A DNA stretch of 63,606 nucleotides, filler included, from Globobulimina sp. (Eukaryota), in assembly GCA_003354225.1 (NCBI GenBank). It is 54 parts of 54 records of this genome, joined end to end, with 100 filler letters (N's around TTAATTAATTAA, not from the genome) between each part and the next. Parts side by side here need not be neighbours in the genome. Positions count along the whole stretch, not along the records: positions 1 to 1,081 come from PIVH01024056.1; positions 1,182 to 2,262 come from PIVH01024057.1; positions 2,363 to 3,443 come from PIVH01024058.1; positions 3,544 to 4,624 come from PIVH01024059.1; positions 4,725 to 5,805 come from PIVH01024060.1; positions 5,906 to 6,986 come from PIVH01024061.1; positions 7,087 to 8,167 come from PIVH01024062.1; positions 8,268 to 9,348 come from PIVH01024063.1; 46 more parts are not named here. One strand, given 5' to 3'. Both the position numbers and the translations under genes were made by a program. The notes beneath the pieces are model-generated. The model was not told where the DNA came from and did no database searches. It saw only the letters and a list, made by a program, of their open reading frames with translations. This document shows, piece by piece, positions 1 through 10,631 of this stretch; position 1 is the stretch's first letter; each line of letters opens with the position of its first letter.

Positions 1-1
1 T

Positions 2-1066
2 AAACATAATGAATTCCAAGAAACTGAAGAAAACGAAGAGAATTTGCCAGATAATAAACAGCAACAAAACGCAATTATTTTAGTGCCGGATTCTGATGGT
101 TCACAACAACAACAATACAATGATGATAATATTAATTTGAATAATGATGCTTTTATGTGCCGACCATTGCGATCACCACAAAAACCACTGAATCCATATA
201 AAACACCGCAAAATTCCCGATCAATTCCGATGATTAAAATATCAAAACGTAGCAAACGAAGCACAACAAAACGACAAACCACTGTCAAATGGAGAAAAAG
301 ACCGCCATTAACATTACAAAATGCGCAAAATAAAAATAAAAATAAAGATAAAGAGAATGGTTCTGATGATGATCTAATTAACGATGATTCTCATGATATA
401 CAAGAACATAATTTAAATGCTATGGACATTGACAATAACAACAATAATATTATGAATGTAAAGAAATCAAAACCAAAACCAAAAGCATTGCAAGAGATTG
501 CGGACAATGTCAACCAACAAAAAAAAATGAAATATAATCAATATGATAGAAAATCAAAAAAAAGAAAGGAATACGAGAATAGAGACGAGAATGGGATGAA
601 TATTGCCCCACAAAAGAAGAGGAGGCGGACAGTGGTGATGGAGGAGAAAGAGACGCAAACGGAGGGAGCCAAACATTTGGATATTAACAAGATTGCACAA
701 CAAATATCATCGCGATTTAAGGTACTTTTTGAGGGTTTATTTCGTGATAAATTGCAAGAATTAAAGATGGAAAATGATGCGTTTCGGCAATTTTTGAGGG
801 AAAAGGTATCCGAAACAAATGAGATCCAAAATGAATATAATACAAAAATGAAACAAGTTCAGAGTGAGATATTTAATAAATTTAGAAAAGATATTTTAAA
901 AAAATGGAAAGATGATGTGATGGATGTATGTGAACAGCTGGATGAACATGGCGCAAATATTAGAAATAACAATGCTGCGAATCAACAACAAAGAAATAAT
1001 GCAACAGCAACAGATGATATTGTTCGACAAATATCGTCTCTCCTTAACACTTATAATCAAAATTAA
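2..1066 (+). CDS. Low-complexity N/K/Q-rich hypothetical protein with C-terminal coiled coil, 5'-truncated
   Basis: Frame open from contig start for >350 codons; no recognised domain. Confidence 0.6.
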   Translation, partial: KHNEFQETEENEENLPDNKQQQNAIILVPDSDGSQQQQYNDDNINLNNDAFMCRPLRSPQKPLNPYKTPQNSRSIPMIKISKRSKRSTTKRQTTVKWRKRPPLTLQNAQNKNKNKDKENGSDDDLINDDSHDIQEHNLNAMDIDNNNNNIMNVKKSKPKPKALQEIADNVNQQKKMKYNQYDRKSKKRKEYENRDENGMNIAPQKKRRRTVVMEEKETQTEGAKHLDINKIAQQISSRFKVLFEGLFRDKLQELKMENDAFRQFLREKVSETNEIQNEYNTKMKQVQSEIFNKFRKDILKKWKDDVMDVCEQLDEHGANIRNNNAANQQQRNNATATDDIVRQISSLLNTYNQN

Positions 1067-1081
1067 ATCAAATTGTATTAT

Positions 1082-1181
1082 NNNNNNNNNNNNNNNNNNN
1101 NNNNNNNNNNNNNNNNNNNNNNNNNTTAATTAATTAANNNNNNNNNNNNNNNNNNNNNNNNNNNNNNNNNNNNNNNNNNNN
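1082..1181. other. Artificial contig linker N44-TTAATTAATTAA-N44 (first of 53, about every 1180 bp)
   Basis: Identical 100-bp spacer with six-frame stops between every ~1080-bp segment; segment lengths decrease monotonically. Confidence 0.99.
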
Positions 1182-1462
1182 CTGTGCATTTGGAATATGT
1201 GAAAGATAGACAGATACCAATTTGGTTTCAGAATTCCACGTTTTGATAAATATTCACAGATAATTGATGATAAATATTTGCTCTTAATTGAATATTTTGT
1301 AAACCATCCAGTTATCTAATCTCTCAATTAACATCGCCGGTTTTCGTAATCATAGCTGACGCTTTCTATAGCTGGCACTTTAATTTTCTATTTTTGTATA
1401 ATTATGAGGGTATTTTTGTTGTCATTATTAAACTTGGACTTCTTATCACTTCACTAGAAATC

Positions 1463-2262
1463 ATGTCAACTGGGTTGCTATTAAAATCTAAATCCGACGA
1501 ATCGAAACAAACAGAAGAACTAAAGAAACAAACAGAAGAAACAATAAAATGGTGCTCTGTAATGTATATATCGTATTTTGGAAACGTAGATTCAACGCAG
1601 CAATCCTTTGATGTGACAGCCAGATTTTCCTATTTTCGTCAATTAACACAAAATGAAAAAATAATATATCAGGACCCGTCCAAAACATTTAATCCAGAAT
1701 TTGGTTTACATTTATATCCATTGGGTGCAGTATCAATGGACCTCAATCAATGGAAATATTCTCCGGATGGTTCAGATGAGAGATTTTATTTTGTTTCAGA
1801 GGAAACTTCTAAAGGAGTAAAATTGGGCGGTTTGGGATTACAGAAAACGTGGACTTTAACAGCCACATTTATTGAATCCATGGAATTATATTCGTTTCCT
1901 TTTGATGTGCAACATTTTCAGATGACATATCGTTTTGAACCAACGGGATGGGATCGATACAAACGAAATAATCCTGGAAAACAGATTACATTTCAATTTT
2001 CGCAAAAACACTCTGAGTTTGCAGCGCGAACTACATTCTTTAATTTGTTGGGATGGACATTTGTTGGTATTGCGGTGAGTGGAGATACAGAAAAAAAAAC
2101 GGATGAGAATAACGAAGAAATTGTTCAAATTAAGAATTGGTGCTGGTATCAAATTATATTACGTCGAGATTGGATGTTTTATTTTTGGAGAGTCGTTTTT
2201 ATTTCGTCTATAATATCATTAATGTCTGTTGCTGTATTTTTATTTAATGATAATTCGGTTGG
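1463..2262 (+). CDS. Pentameric ligand-gated ion channel-like protein (Cys-less Pro-loop type), partial
   Basis: ESMELYSFPFDVQHF Pro-loop motif; VDSTQQSFDV beta strand; LRRDWMFYFWRV pre-M1 then hydrophobic M1. Confidence 0.8.
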
Positions 2263-2362
2263 NNNNNNNNNNNNNNNNNNNNNNNNNNNNNNNNNNNNNN
2301 NNNNNNTTAATTAATTAANNNNNNNNNNNNNNNNNNNNNNNNNNNNNNNNNNNNNNNNNNNN

Positions 2363-2575
2363 GGTAGTGATGAAACCCTTAAGATGACAGTTAGAATTGA
2401 TGGATCTATTAGGATACAAAATACAACTGCAACCGACTACGCAGGATCAGGTTCGCCAGAAGGGGCGCAATCTGCTGCGGTAGGTTCCGTATATCGACGA
2501 ACAGACGGTGGAGCAGGCACTAGCTTTTACGTCAAAGAATCTGGAACAGGTAACACTGGCTGGATCGCTAAATAG
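2363..2575 (+). CDS. Phage tail fibre/spike C-terminus, partial
   Basis: GSGSPEGAQSAAVGSVYRRTDGGAGTSFYVKESGTGNTGWIAK resembles a C-terminal motif common in phage tail proteins. Confidence 0.7.
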   Translation, partial: GSDETLKMTVRIDGSIRIQNTTATDYAGSGSPEGAQSAAVGSVYRRTDGGAGTSFYVKESGTGNTGWIAK

Positions 2576-2587
2576 GAATTAATTATT

Positions 2588-2632
2588 GATGCCCACTAGA
2601 ATACTGTCTGGCCTTTCGCAAAAGTGGCCATC
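2588..2632. terminator. Possible hairpin between convergent phage genes
   Basis: GATGCCCACT...AGTGGCCATC, 9/10 inverted repeat between two convergent stop codons; no clear U-tract. Confidence 0.3.
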
Positions 2633-3108
2633 TAAAATGGGTTTAATGATTCACCGTGTTCAGCGTGCCATTGTGAATGATGGGCAGAGCATAGCCAGCG
2701 GACTGAATAAGGTTTTGCATAGTCGTCATGATGACCGTTAATATTTGCGGTTGAATTGCATACTTCGCAAGGATCTTTAGCGATATCTCCACATAATATT
2801 GCATACCTCAATTTTCTATGAGCTTTGCATTTATTTGGGTATTTTTCTCTATATGATTTTGTTATTTCATATATCTTACCCTTGTTATTTGCTGCCCATT
2901 TCTTTTTAGCTCTATTTCCTGCAATCTTTCCATTTTCAGTTAACGAGTAAGCTTTTCTAGCCGCGACTCTGTCAGGATTATTAGCCCTAGCTTTATCATA
3001 ACTACTTTGGCAATCCTTACATTTTGCGGCTAACCCATCGATTGAAGCATTACGTTTATGGAAATTAGAATTATCGTTTAACGTGTTGCATGATTTGCAT
3101 AGTTTCAT
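2632..3108 (-). CDS. Phage HNH-like endonuclease
   Basis: N-terminal CxxC..CxxC; C-terminal CEVC...HHDDYAKPYSVRWLCSAHH; GAGG RBS upstream. Confidence 0.8.
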   Translation of the reverse strand: MKLCKSCNTLNDNSNFHKRNASIDGLAAKCKDCQSSYDKARANNPDRVAARKAYSLTENGKIAGNRAKKKWAANNKGKIYEITKSYREKYPNKCKAHRKLRYAILCGDIAKDPCEVCNSTANINGHHDDYAKPYSVRWLCSAHHSQWHAEHGESLNPF

Positions 3109-3155
3109 TTTTTCACCTCAAAATAATCATACTTCACTCTAAACAGTATGTCTAT

Positions 3156-3443
3156 TCAGAAGGGAATGTCGTCTGAGAAATCATCAAACCCGGGTGGTTC
3201 AGGTTGCACACCTATCTGACCCATACTTTCTTGCTTAGCTTGTTGCGGTGGTTGTTCTGGCTTAGACTCCGGCTTACCACCAATCAAATCCAATGATTGA
3301 ACGTTAACCACCGGCATCGCATGTTTAACGCCATCCTTTTCCCATTCATCCATTGAGAATTCACCCGATATAGCGACTTGCGTACCCTTCACCAGATAGC
3401 CCGGTAATGCGCCCTCTGCACGTTTACCCCAAAGGTTACACTT
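3156..3443 (-). CDS. ssb: Single-stranded DNA-binding protein, partial (phage/bacterial)
   Basis: CNLWGKRAE..LVKGTQVAISGE OB-fold and acidic DDFSDDIPF tail. Confidence 0.92.
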   Translation of the reverse strand, partial: KCNLWGKRAEGALPGYLVKGTQVAISGEFSMDEWEKDGVKHAMPVVNVQSLDLIGGKPESKPEQPPQQAKQESMGQIGVQPEPPGFDDFSDDIPF

Positions 3444-3545
3444 NNNNNNNNNNNNNNNNNNNNNNNNNNNNNNNNNNNNNNNNNNNNTTAATTAATTAAN
3501 NNNNNNNNNNNNNNNNNNNNNNNNNNNNNNNNNNNNNNNNNNNTT

Positions 3546-3851
3546 GCAAAACGTACCTTGAGAACTGGTGGTGGCATGGTGACATTTTTAGTGTGTGGTG
3601 GTTTGAAAGAATCGAGACAATTTTTAGAAAATCTAAAAATATTCAAGTTAGCAGAGAGTTTGGGTGCAGTTGAATCATTGGCTGAACATCCAGCTATTAT
3701 GACACATGCATCGGTCCCTGAAAAACAAAGAAAACAAATTGGCATTTTAGATAATTTGGTTAGATTAAGTGTGGGCATTGAAGATGTTGATGACATAGTA
3801 AATGACTTAAAATCTGCTTTGAATCATGTTGGCAATTCTAGCAAATTGTAA
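3546..3851 (+). CDS. Cystathionine gamma-lyase/synthase family, C-terminal part
   Basis: GGMVTF, LAESLGAVESLAEHPAIMTHAS, LVRLSVGIEDVDDI. Confidence 0.93.
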   Translation, partial: AKRTLRTGGGMVTFLVCGGLKESRQFLENLKIFKLAESLGAVESLAEHPAIMTHASVPEKQRKQIGILDNLVRLSVGIEDVDDIVNDLKSALNHVGNSSKL

Positions 3852-4724
3852 ATTGTCCGTATATTGCATGGTTCTTTTTTTTTGTATAGTAAATATTATT
3901 AATTTGTATCTATAATAATAAACTAACAGTGCCTAAATGGTCAACATCATATGTGGCAGATGTTTGCAATAACAGAGCTAAAATACTTTCCAATACATCA
4001 ATTCAATTGACATGGAACAGTTAAATGTAATGTCCTTGCACTCTCATAAGCAATGTCATAGAATTGCAAAATATCTCTTCAATTTTGTATATGTTTGATA
4101 GCTTCTTGATTAGGACGTAACCACTCTTCAAAATTCATTTTCAACGAATCAATTGAACAGCGGCTAATTTCGGAGATTAATAAGTCATCAATTTCAAATT
4201 CTTTACAACCACATCATCGTTGACTTCTGCAATACAAACATCCATTCCTTGTTTGGATATTGTTTGAACTCTGCCCAAATATACAGGTTCATTCCGTCTT
4301 TGTATACAAATAGGTGTATTATATATTGAATTAAATTCAATGTTCCCCTCAATATCTTAACATTAAAAATTAATGTATCGAATTCCTTACGCCACGAAAT
4401 TATTTTCATTTCTACAGGGAAAACAGGAATGTATTTTGGTACAATACGAATACCTCTCATACCATCTGGAAAATATCACATCATTTATTGTCATCTTTTT
4501 GCCAATGGAAGGAATGCATTTAAGTCAGAGGTTGAGAAGTTGAGAGGTTCAGAAGTTTATGCGTTGAGAGGTTGGGATGTTAGGAAGTTGGTGGATAAAA
4601 GTATTGTAGAATTGGCTTCTTGTTNNNNNNNNNNNNNNNNNNNNNNNNNNNNNNNNNNNNNNNNNNNNTTAATTAATTAANNNNNNNNNNNNNNNNNNNN
4701 NNNNNNNNNNNNNNNNNNNNNNNN

Positions 4725-5805
4725 CAACAACATCAAGCTTTTAAAATCCGGGGTAAAAAAATGTTCCATCTGACTGCATTTATATTAGCTTTAAACTTCA
4801 TTTTGCGACCAATATTAGTCGCATTCGCTGTGTTGGAATTGATCACAATGAGTTGGCTCTGGAGGTTTGTCCCCATTTATTTCCTTAATAAGGTACATGT
4901 TTAATACATGTTTGTCTCATTTAAAACAATAATAAGGTTAATCATAGATATCGCTCAAATGTCATTATATTCTGTTATCGAATTCAGGTACTTTCGGATT
5001 GCAACATCTGAAGTCTGAACATCACAAACCGCAAATTATAAATATACAGATGTTGGATGACATATTTTAATTTAAATTCGAGCACAGCGATGGTCGACAG
5101 ACAATGGAAAAAATATTTGAATGAAAGTGAAGAAACAAGCGATTTTTTCATTAAATATAAGAAGTATTTTGGAAACAGTTTATTTGTTGGGATATTAAGT
5201 AGTTTTGACGGCGTTTTATGTGTTATTATATGTGGATTAGTTGAAGAATATTATGCATTCTATCCAGATCGGATCATATGCCATTTCTTCGCAGCAAATG
5301 TGTTGTTATTTATGTTATTTATTCATAGAATGTATACCTTGTTATTTGGCATAAAACATACATATTCGCACGATATGCTATCAATCAATAAAGAATTAAA
5401 TACAATCACATTAATAATGGCGGTTACCGCAATTTGTGACTGTGCTTTAGGACTTTGGTATCATTCCATGTCCTCTTTATTTTATGTAATTTATCAAACA
5501 ATATTAATATCATTATTAGCAATCATCATATTCAAATTACCACAGTATACAATCACTAAACTACTTCAGATCGAAAAGAAAGTAAAACGAACGAATTTAG
5601 CAAAATTAAAACACGTTTTTACGGATAGTGATTTATATCACAGTTTAATTAGATTTATGATTCAAGAGTGGAGCGCGGAAAACCTATTATTTATATCCCA
5701 ATGGATGCAGTTACAACAAATTATTGTCGATTCCCAGATTAATGTCAAAGTAAATCAAACTTATTCGAGTGTGGAAGGACGACAAAGCAATTTATTAGCA
5801 ATCCC
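4725..5805 (+). CDS. Multi-pass membrane protein with C-terminal RGS domain (intron-containing, partial)
   Basis: Several TM helices then FMIQEWSAENLLF (RGS F..E.S.ENL.F); main exon 5057-5805. Confidence 0.75.
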
Positions 5806-5926
5806 NNNNNNNNNNNNNNNNNNNNNNNNNNNNNNNNNNNNNNNNNNNNTTAATTAATTAANNNNNNNNNNNNNNNNNNNNNNNNNNNNNNNNNNNNNNN
5901 NNNNNTCAAAATTTAGAAATCCATTA

Positions 5927-6541
5927 GGGGTCTCCGATATGTACTGAATTTTCATTCAGTTTGACAGAGTTTTTCATTTTTTTTAACAATCCTGTCGAAC
6001 AGGTCTTCGGTTGATATGCCCAGTTTATTCTGTCGAATCTATATCGGAGATCGAGAGACCTCGTCGGGTTCTCCGAGCCTATCTATTGAATCTGTGAAAT
6101 GATATCCATTGAGGACTGGAAACGTGCCACCATCTCCCACGGCTTGCTAATCGCGCACAGCCACAATGAGCGCGTGTTCAAAATCGTGCAAATGAGCAAC
6201 AATCCCTTCACTCAAAAAGAATTCCAACAATGGAAGCAAACCATGCGTGATGACGGCGTTGTACTGCCTACGAAAGACGAGCTGTCCACTGCTTATTTGA
6301 ACGCTATTAAACGGCACAAAAACTTCAAATACGACGCAAATTCCATCGCATTGATGCGGGAGAAGAAGAACAAGAATTTCAATGCGCGGCAGCTGGCCAA
6401 TCCGCATAAGGAAAAGCTGCGGATTACGACTATTATTTCAGGCCTGCAATACGATGATACCCCGCAGGTGGCACAGGAACGGATGCGGTATGAACGGTGT
6501 TTGACAGAGTTTTTTAAAATTCAGTACATATCGGAGACCCC
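5927..6541. mobile_element. Non-autonomous TIR element (615 bp) with TA target-site duplication carrying a host gene fragment
   Basis: Perfect 26-bp TIRs GGGGTCTCCGATATGTACTGAATTTT at 5927-5952 and 6516-6541; TA at 5925-5926 and 6542-6543. Confidence 0.88.
6099..6500 (+). pseudogene. RTF1: Captured RTF1 (Paf1 complex) Plus3-region fragment inside the TIR element
   Basis: GLLIAHSHNERVFKIVQMSNNPFTQKEFQQWKQTM...LPT...NFKY matches the Plus3 C-terminus and downstream region; ORF runs on into the right TIR. Confidence 0.75.
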
Positions 6542-7306
6542 TATTCATGCAGCACCGTTTGGCTAAGATTATCACAAATTCGTTTGATAAATTGTTGTAT
6601 AAAACTAAGATTCCTGTGGAAGAAAGCAGATATTTAACGGGGACCTACAACCCTTTGGATGTATTGAATGAAAATGAAGTATTCATTGTGTCAAATGTAC
6701 AAATTACAGGCCAGGCATTAATATCACGACATCTCTCGGCCATCCAGGTGATGTCAGAATATTTACTGCTGTGAATAACTCAGAGCTGCATAACTTCATT
6801 GGATATTACAGCCAAACGCGAGCGGTGGCGTGTTTTTTTCTGTTAAGGCGAGAGAGCCGCGGCTGATTTTTATACCAAATGGTGGTTACGATGGTGATCT
6901 GTATTGGGTGTGTTATGATAATGAGTTAATAAAATTATTTGACGGGAAACAGGCCATTGAAGCTGCACCTATTGATTTTCCAGATGNNNNNNNNNNNNNN
7001 NNNNNNNNNNNNNNNNNNNNNNNNNNNNNNTTAATTAATTAANNNNNNNNNNNNNNNNNNNNNNNNNNNNNNNNNNNNNNNNNNNNTTTTTCCTCTTCTA
7101 ACGCTTCATGATATTGTTGCGTCTCAGGATCTACACATCCCCAGGCTGTGTTACCCATTGTTAACTGCTACAAGTTTTAAGGTTTTTAGTCTAGTGATTC
7201 ACACTGATTCTTGCATTTTCATTCAAAAAAAAAACTCGCACTTTCTTTAGCTTTTTTTTCTCCTCACAGACTTTTTTTTCCTCCGTCCGTTTTCTTATTT
7301 TGTATT

Positions 7307-8167
7307 ATGGCCTCATTTTATAACCAAAGAGCCTGCAATAAAGAGACGATAAGGCTGCATTCAGATGTCATCGAGAATGGAAAGAATACGGAAGAAGACG
7401 AAAAAGAATTAATCTCAATCTTGGGCGGCATCGATAACATTTTAGCGCTTTTCTTATTAAACGGCGGCTTAACTGTCGAACAATTGACGCAAATCCAGAC
7501 CGTATTACAAACCAAAAGCTCCGTATTACGAACGCCATCCATCGAAGAAATGAGCCACATCTTCGACGAAATCGATACGTGTTCGCATGGCCAATCCCAA
7601 TCGCCCATCAACCTGATCTCCTGCACGCAAACTGGCAGCAACACGCAAATCATGACCGACAAAGCCGTGGCAATCAATCCATTGCAGTTCAACTACCCGG
7701 CAAAAGTCACGCATTGCACCATAGTCAACAACGGGCATACGGTTCAGGTCAACATTAACGCATTGAATAAATGCACGCTCTCCATTCATAACAAGACCTA
7801 CGAATTAAAGCAGTTCCATTTCCACACTCCTTCTGAGCATACCATCGATGCCAAGCAGTACGATATGGAGATGCATTTGGTGCATTTGAGCGAGAAGAAC
7901 GAGATTGCGGTGTTGGGCTTTTTATTCACCACACAGCAGAAATACGTGAAACCCAAATTGCAATTAACGCAAAGTAGGGCCCATTTGAAGTTAGCGGCGG
8001 GCGGCGGCGGTGGCGCTGATAGCATGTTGATGCGCAGCGAGAGTTCGTTGCAAACCATGCACGAATCGGGCGATGATATCGATGAAAGCGACGAGGATAT
8101 GAAGACTGACGACGAATGGGACGAAATGGACACTGAGAGCAAAGAGAAAATCCGGCGCAAAAAAGCG
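7307..8167 (+). CDS. Alpha-carbonic anhydrase, partial
   Basis: QSPINL, NNGHTVQV, QFHFHTPSEHTID, EMHLVH (Zn-binding His residues present). Confidence 0.95.
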
Positions 8168-8267
8168 NNNNNNNNNNNNNNNNNNNNNNNNNNNNNNNNN
8201 NNNNNNNNNNNTTAATTAATTAANNNNNNNNNNNNNNNNNNNNNNNNNNNNNNNNNNNNNNNNNNNN

Positions 8268-8716
8268 GGTATAACAAGTTTAGATTTGTCAAATGGCGAT
8301 ATTCATGAAAATGATATGAAAATATTTTGTAAAACAAAATGTGAGATTGAAGAATTATATTTTAATGATACAAATTTGAATGATAAATGTTTTGGCAGTT
8401 TAATGGATATGGTCATTTCGGGGAATTTGGCCAAATTGATGCATTTATCAATGCGTAATACAAGAATTACAAACAAAAGTTGCGATACAATCATTAAATA
8501 TTATGAAAATACTAAGATCCTAAATTGAGATGTATCGATATTCAAAATAATGAGCATATAGACAAGCATCACATTGTTAAATTATATAAACTTTGTGAAT
8601 TAATGGAGAAACCCGATGTTATATTTACTGAAATTCTGGTTAATGGATGCGATCAAAATACAGCTAAATGCAGTGCACCACACTGTTTTGTTAATCATTC
8701 GCCAGAAGTTGATTAA
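8268..8716 (+). CDS. RNI-like leucine-rich repeat fragment, frameshift near 8525
   Basis: LDLSNGDI, LYFNDTNL, LSMRNTRI, IDIQNN LRR patterns split over two frames. Confidence 0.55.
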
Positions 8717-9843
8717 ATTCTGTTTGTTGTATATAATTGACTTTTTAGGTTCACACTTTACTTCTTTTGTGATTGACTTATAAGTTTTCAACACAATTGT
8801 TTGATATATCTCATATGTCCTAGTCCTACATTGTTTTATTGCCATTAAATATCGCATTTGATTGGTTTGACACAGGCACATTGCTGTCGGTATGCGCTAT
8901 GACATTGGACGGCATATTCTTTCCATGCCAATGTGCTCCGGGCTGTGAATGCGATGCCGATAATTCCTGCAAACCACCCAAATTATCCACAATCTCCTTC
9001 AAGCCACCCGAGCACCCTTTAATTACGCCGTAATCCGAGACACTCCGCGAATGATAATGATTGTTATCATCTTTACTCCGGAACTTTATCTGCGTTTTCT
9101 TCTTTTTTATGCAAATGCTGTATCACATAAAACTCGTGATACTTAAATATATTCCCCTGCATTCGTCTACATTCGATCATATATTAATTCATAGTGTTTT
9201 CTATTTAATTATATCCATCAATTTGAGCGACATGACATTTATGCGAACTTAAGTAGTTTAATAAATTTGTGTAAAAAACAAACTGAAAACGTTCACAGAA
9301 AATGAACAATGCTGTCAGGAAAAGACGATCCCAATTATTAGTAAGTGGNNNNNNNNNNNNNNNNNNNNNNNNNNNNNNNNNNNNNNNNNNNNTTAATTAA
9401 TTAANNNNNNNNNNNNNNNNNNNNNNNNNNNNNNNNNNNNNNNNNNNNTTGATATTCAACATGGTTATTTTGAGCCAGTTTTAAAATTATTGTATAATAT
9501 CCCAAAATCATTAACTTCATTTACATTGTCAATGCCGCGCCAATATACAGCAGGATCTACTGAGAAACTTAAAATTAAAGAAACTGAGTCCACCAAATTG
9601 GCACAGAAATTATCTTTGATATTGGCGGAAAAAACTGATGCTACAAAATTGGAATTAATTGCTTTGGGAAATGTGGATTTATCTTTAAAAGCAAAGAATT
9701 TTCTGCGATTTTATTTTGGATTCAATAACAAGTTAATTCTTGCAGATAACAAATATTATTTTAAGTTTGTTTGATTTAAAATATACAAACTAATAAGCAA
9801 TTACAATGAAGGATCCCTACTCCATAGATGTATTCGCAAATTT

Positions 9844-10529
9844 TCACTTTGTAATATGCTGTGTTGTGATGTGTGATTGTCTCTTTTTACTCAAGACGGG
9901 TTTCATTTTTTTAGGACCATTTGGTGTCCAATAAATCATACAATATTCGTTATTTGAATCAATAGCAGCTTCGCATCTGTTCAGTTTATCCAACTGATGG
10001 TCTGCTTTTCGACCGGATTGGACCAAAGTAAAATATCCTCCATTATTTGCGGAATCATACGCGACTTTGCCTGGATAACAAGCGGCATTCACTGATACTA
10101 AACGAATTTGTGATGCATATTTATATAATTCTCGTGCCCAATTTCCTGAATAATCGCAGTCACAAAATATATCAAAACATTGCTGTCCCCATTCCTCAAT
10201 AACAACATTTATAATTTGGTGAAAATCAATGATTCCATCGCTTGCAACCCAATTCCCTGTATTTATCTCACTATGCCCTGTATAATATATCTGTACACCT
10301 CTTGCTTTACAATGTCTTGCATATTTGCATGTTTCTCGTATTTCGTTTAATATCGTCTGTGCTGTAATTGCATTGTTGCTACTTATTCCTGTATAAAAGT
10401 AATGGTGTTTTATATTGCGATTTATAAAGAATTCCATATTTGCAGTATCCAATGCCATCCCAGTCAGATAATTGTTGTTTTTAGAGCCTTTTTTCTTTGA
10501 TATTCGAATATTTGCATGTGTTTCTATGC
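9844..10529 (-). CDS. Caspase/metacaspase-fold (clan CD-like) protein
   Basis: IYYTGHS..TGNW and DIFCDCDYSGNW resemble the His and Cys motifs of metacaspases. Confidence 0.55.
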
Positions 10530-10631
10530 NNNNNNNNNNNNNNNNNNNNNNNNNNNNNNNNNNNNNNNNNNNNTTAATTAATTAANNNNNNNNNNNNNNN
10601 NNNNNNNNNNNNNNNNNNNNNNNNNNNNNAC

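Larger units (their letters stand above)
5906..6986 (+). pseudogene. Eukaryotic RNAi-type RNA-dependent RNA polymerase, disrupted by the insertion and frameshifts
   Basis: KTKIPVEESRYLTG..NPLDVLNENEVFI; HPGDVR in a shifted frame near 6740; VFFSVKAREP..GGYDGDLYWVCYD in a third segment. Confidence 0.85.

Noticed and set aside
1126-1137. Regularly spaced TTAATTAATTAA as a CRISPR-like or biological repeat
   Set aside because: Always centred in N runs; artificial linker
5930-6536. TIR element spliced out as an intron using the GT and AG inside its TIRs
   Set aside because: Leaves 10 extra nt and shifts the RdRP frame
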